Positions 61,417 through 64,000 of a stretch of DNA of 64,000 nucleotides are shown piece by piece. The DNA is taken from NCBI GenBank assembly GCA_964453055.1, contig CAYVOD010000001.1, forward strand, positions 13,118 through 77,117. The letters are read 5' to 3'. Source of the DNA: an uncultured Treponema sp. (GTDB lineage Bacteria; Spirochaetota; Spirochaetia; Treponematales; Rectinemataceae). The stretch's first letter is position 1. Every line of letters starts with the position of its first letter. A program made the translations under genes and the position numbers. The notes under the pieces are model-generated. The model was not told the origin of the DNA. It ran no database searches and worked only from the letters and a program-made list of their open reading frames with translations.

Positions 61417-63648
61417 ATGAACTATAAGCGGTTTTTATTTTTTCCCTGCCTGTTTTTTATTGCCCTTCTACTGGCTTGCCCGGGACTGCAAAGGGAAAGA
61501 ATGGGAAGGATAGATGCCATTATCGATTTTGATACCGGGCTCAAGCAATCCAAGGCAATAGACCCTACGACCTTGAGCGCCGTTTCCCCCATTCTCCCCG
61601 GCGGCGGCTGGACGCCTCTTTATTACAGGCTATCGGGCTTAGGCCCTGGAGGGGCTACGTTCAGCGAGGAATCGGCTGACGGGAATTTCTCGATTGAGTG
61701 CGCTCCCGGGGAATGGATTCTGGAGGCTACCGCCATCTCCCAGGACAATATGGAAATCGCCCGGGGCAGCCGCGCCTGCCTTCTGCAGCCCGGAAAAACG
61801 ATCAAAGCGAATATAGTGCTCTATCCCCTGGACGGAAGCGGAGAGCTTTCGGTTTACGTGATCGAAAACCTGGAAATGCCCGCCGGGGCCAGGCTCGTGG
61901 GACAATTGCGTTTTAAAGGCCTGCCCGGTCAGCCGACGCCGCTCGAGCCATTGGCGATCCCTATCGATCAGCCGGCGTCGGACAATGAGCTACTCTTTCC
62001 GGAACTGGCGGCCGGTTACTACCTGCTCTGCCTCGAGCTCAGGACAGAGGATGGATTCGTCTCGGGAGGTTGCGCCGTCGCCGCGCTGGTTTTGGCGGGG
62101 TACAGCAGTTGCGGCGCGTGTTCGATAACCATGGGATTCCCCGTGGCGGGAATAGGGATGGAACTATACCCGAAAGAGCCTTTGACCCAGGCCTTATTGT
62201 CGGTGGAACATAGCGCTCCGGAAGGAACGCTCGTGCTGCCCATTGCCGTATCCAGGGCAAAGACGGAGCCTGGGGATGCTATCGCGAGAACCTGGTATCG
62301 AAACGGCGGCGAAGCGGGGCCTGCGGTCCCGATTCTTCAAGGTCCGTCCTTCCTGCCGCCCGATTGTTTTCTCTTTCCGCCTTCCGGCGCAGGCCAGGAG
62401 ACAAACCTTAGCCGGATAGATTTCACCGAGGAAACGGGATCAAGCCACCGTTTCGGCACCGCCTCCCTGCTCCTGGAATCCTGCGCCGCCACCGCCGGCC
62501 TACCATGGAAAGCCACAGCGGTTTATGACTATCGCGCGGCCACCGGATCTTCGCTCTGTCCCCAAAGCCCTGATAATCAAGGCAGTGGCGCGCCGTTCCG
62601 AGCCAGCTGCGCCGCTGCCTCGGAAAGCGGCTTGATAGTCGTATCGGACTTCGACGCAGAAAAGTATCTACATGCCTTCGTGGCGCCCTACGGTGCGGCC
62701 TTGGATACTTCGGTCTCGCCTGGGCTACAGGCCGTGCCACCCTCGGCATCCTGGCTCAGGCTCTGGCGGAGCCGGATCAGAGCCGGCGATTTAAAATCAG
62801 CCGATATTCTGGCAATATCTCGCGATGGAAGGTTTATAGCCGCTGCGGCAGATAGCAGCGCTCAATGGATCTGGCTTTGTAGCGTCGATGAATACGGCAA
62901 GATTGTCTCGACTTCCTACCTCACCGGCGCGGAAAGCAGTGGGCTGGAATCCTTCAAGTGCGTGAAGGCGCTTTGCTTTTCACCGTCGGGGGACAGGCTC
63001 TACGCGGCCTGCTCGTCGTCGAACAAGGTGTACACATTCGATACCGGTGCCGGTAGCCTCGAGTATCTATATTCAAAAGAGCTTAAAACCGGCGATGACG
63101 CTTCGCTTCCGCCGGCGGACATGGTCATCACAGCTTCCGGCCTTATCGCCGTGAGCGCGCCGAGCGATTCGAAAATCTTCATCATGCAAGATCAGGCAGG
63201 TCTCGAGATCTTAGAGTGCTTGGAAAGCGGAGAGGAAAACACGGACTTGTACAAGCCCGAAGCTCTAGTTGCTTCGAGCCAGGGAGACGCTTTCTATGCT
63301 CTCTGCAACCGAGAGAGCGTAGTCAGGTTTTCTATGTCGGGTGCCGTATCTACCTATGTCCAAGACAGCCTGATCGACCTTTCCGCGGATAGCGCCGGCG
63401 CTACGCGGATCGCGGCGGGGAGTGCGGGGTCCGGATCCTCCGATACGATTCTTGTCGGCGGAGGGGATTGCCTGGAATTTTTAGAAATTGCATCTGACGG
63501 GAGCGGAATTGAATCGCAGCTTGTATATCCCGTGGATTCGGATGCGCTCGGATTCGGTAGCCTGACTTCGATCTCTTATTGCCGGGGCGCATTTTTGATA
63601 GCCGGCGGCGATTCTTGTACCGTTACGGTATTCGGAAACGACATGTAA
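61417..63648 (+). CDS. hypothetical lipoprotein with a C-terminal beta-propeller-like (lactonase/YncE-type) repeat region
   Basis: A lipobox (LLLACPG) follows Met32 of the ORF, which has GGGAGGA upstream. The N-terminal half is beta-rich. The C-terminal half has repeats of the type SPSGDRLYAACSSSNKVYTFD and ITASGLIAVSAPSDSKIFI. Confidence 0.55.
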   Translation: MNYKRFLFFPCLFFIALLLACPGLQRERMGRIDAIIDFDTGLKQSKAIDPTTLSAVSPILPGGGWTPLYYRLSGLGPGGATFSEESADGNFSIECAPGEWILEATAISQDNMEIARGSRACLLQPGKTIKANIVLYPLDGSGELSVYVIENLEMPAGARLVGQLRFKGLPGQPTPLEPLAIPIDQPASDNELLFPELAAGYYLLCLELRTEDGFVSGGCAVAALVLAGYSSCGACSITMGFPVAGIGMELYPKEPLTQALLSVEHSAPEGTLVLPIAVSRAKTEPGDAIARTWYRNGGEAGPAVPILQGPSFLPPDCFLFPPSGAGQETNLSRIDFTEETGSSHRFGTASLLLESCAATAGLPWKATAVYDYRAATGSSLCPQSPDNQGSGAPFRASCAAASESGLIVVSDFDAEKYLHAFVAPYGAALDTSVSPGLQAVPPSASWLRLWRSRIRAGDLKSADILAISRDGRFIAAAADSSAQWIWLCSVDEYGKIVSTSYLTGAESSGLESFKCVKALCFSPSGDRLYAACSSSNKVYTFDTGAGSLEYLYSKELKTGDDASLPPADMVITASGLIAVSAPSDSKIFIMQDQAGLEILECLESGEENTDLYKPEALVASSQGDAFYALCNRESVVRFSMSGAVSTYVQDSLIDLSADSAGATRIAAGSAGSGSSDTILVGGGDCLEFLEIASDGSGIESQLVYPVDSDALGFGSLTSISYCRGAFLIAGGDSCTVTVFGNDM

Positions 63649-63719
63649 CCCATGGCTTGTCCAGAGCTTACTTGCCATAGAGGCCATAAGCCAGTATTCT
63701 GCGGGAACCAGGAGGAGCC

Positions 63720-64000
63720 ATGTACGCTCTGGAAGAAATGACCTTGGTGGAACTAGTCGAAAAGGGTGCTAAGCACTACGGGGAAAGGCCGGCCTTGAGC
63801 ATGTTCGGAGGCGACAGCCTTAGCTACGCCGGCCTTGATAAAGCCTCAGCCGCCTTCTCCCAAAAGCTGCTCTCCTATGGGGTCGAGGATGGAGACAAGG
63901 TCGCCCTGCTCGCGGAAAACTCCCAGCTCTGGGCGATAGCCTACTTCGCGATACTGCGGGCCGGAGCGATAGCGGTGCCGATACTGGTGGATTTCCATCC
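63720..64000 (+). CDS. AMP-dependent synthetase/ligase (acyl-CoA synthetase-like), 3'-truncated by the window edge
   Basis: This ORF is not in the ORF track because it has no stop codon. The ATG at 63720 follows GGAGGAG. Translation gives MYALEEMTLVELVEKGAKHYGERPALS...LSYAGLD...GDKVALLAENSQLWAIAYFAILRAGAIAVPI, which is typical of AMP-binding enzymes. Confidence 0.7.
   Translation, partial: MYALEEMTLVELVEKGAKHYGERPALSMFGGDSLSYAGLDKASAAFSQKLLSYGVEDGDKVALLAENSQLWAIAYFAILRAGAIAVPILVDFH

Noticed and set aside
1-64000. I looked across the whole window for CRISPR arrays, long tandem repeat arrays, prophage, retron or DGR signatures, and toxin-antitoxin pairs.
   Set aside because: I found no regularly spaced direct repeats and no cas, reverse transcriptase, phage structural, integrase or small paired ORFs. 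The only repeats seen are the IS termini, the clpA linker 15-mer and the terminator hairpins.

Overview
This is a 64-kb, densely coding bacterial chromosomal segment of roughly 55-60% GC by eye. I call about 55 protein genes and one tRNA. The gene content suggests a Spirochaetota (Treponema/Spirochaeta-like) genome, but that is inference only. The supporting genes are a Treponema-type trans-2-enoyl reductase FabV, a long-form PPi-dependent phosphofructokinase, an orphan groES, RodZ- and LolA-like envelope genes, and a very large OppA.

Most of the window is housekeeping:
- eda
- a fabH-fabF-fabZ-fabV-rsmE operon
- pepF
- oppABCDF
- malic enzyme
- thrS
- the clpS-clpA-aat N-degron module
- a group-2 sigma factor
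- pfp
- a lolA-like/rodZ-like/rimO/uvrD operon
- glgA

Accessory or unusual content:
- A low-GC, single-ORF IS1-like insertion sequence with about 19-bp terminal inverted repeats. It sits in a divergent promoter region next to a 926-aa, roughly 25-repeat ankyrin lipoprotein.
- A secreted orthocaspase-TPR protein, convergent with a secreted DUF4384-like protein across a tRNA-Arg(CCU).
- A GntR-controlled nagA-like/TRAP/cupin/SIS locus with two candidate operators.
- A TGS/ThrRS-editing-like domain fused to a uridine-kinase-type P-loop domain.
- Several uncharacterised membrane proteins and lipoproteins.

I found no CRISPR array, prophage, retron-like element or clear-cut defence island, so I do not claim a complete new multi-gene system. 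The strongest non-obvious signal is a T-box-like leader RNA upstream of thrS. It carries a T-box core, an F-box and a Stem-III-like hairpin in canonical order, but the specifier domain and expression platform are non-canonical.

All short-motif coordinates were counted by hand and may be off by a nucleotide or two. All family assignments rest on remembered motifs, not on searches.
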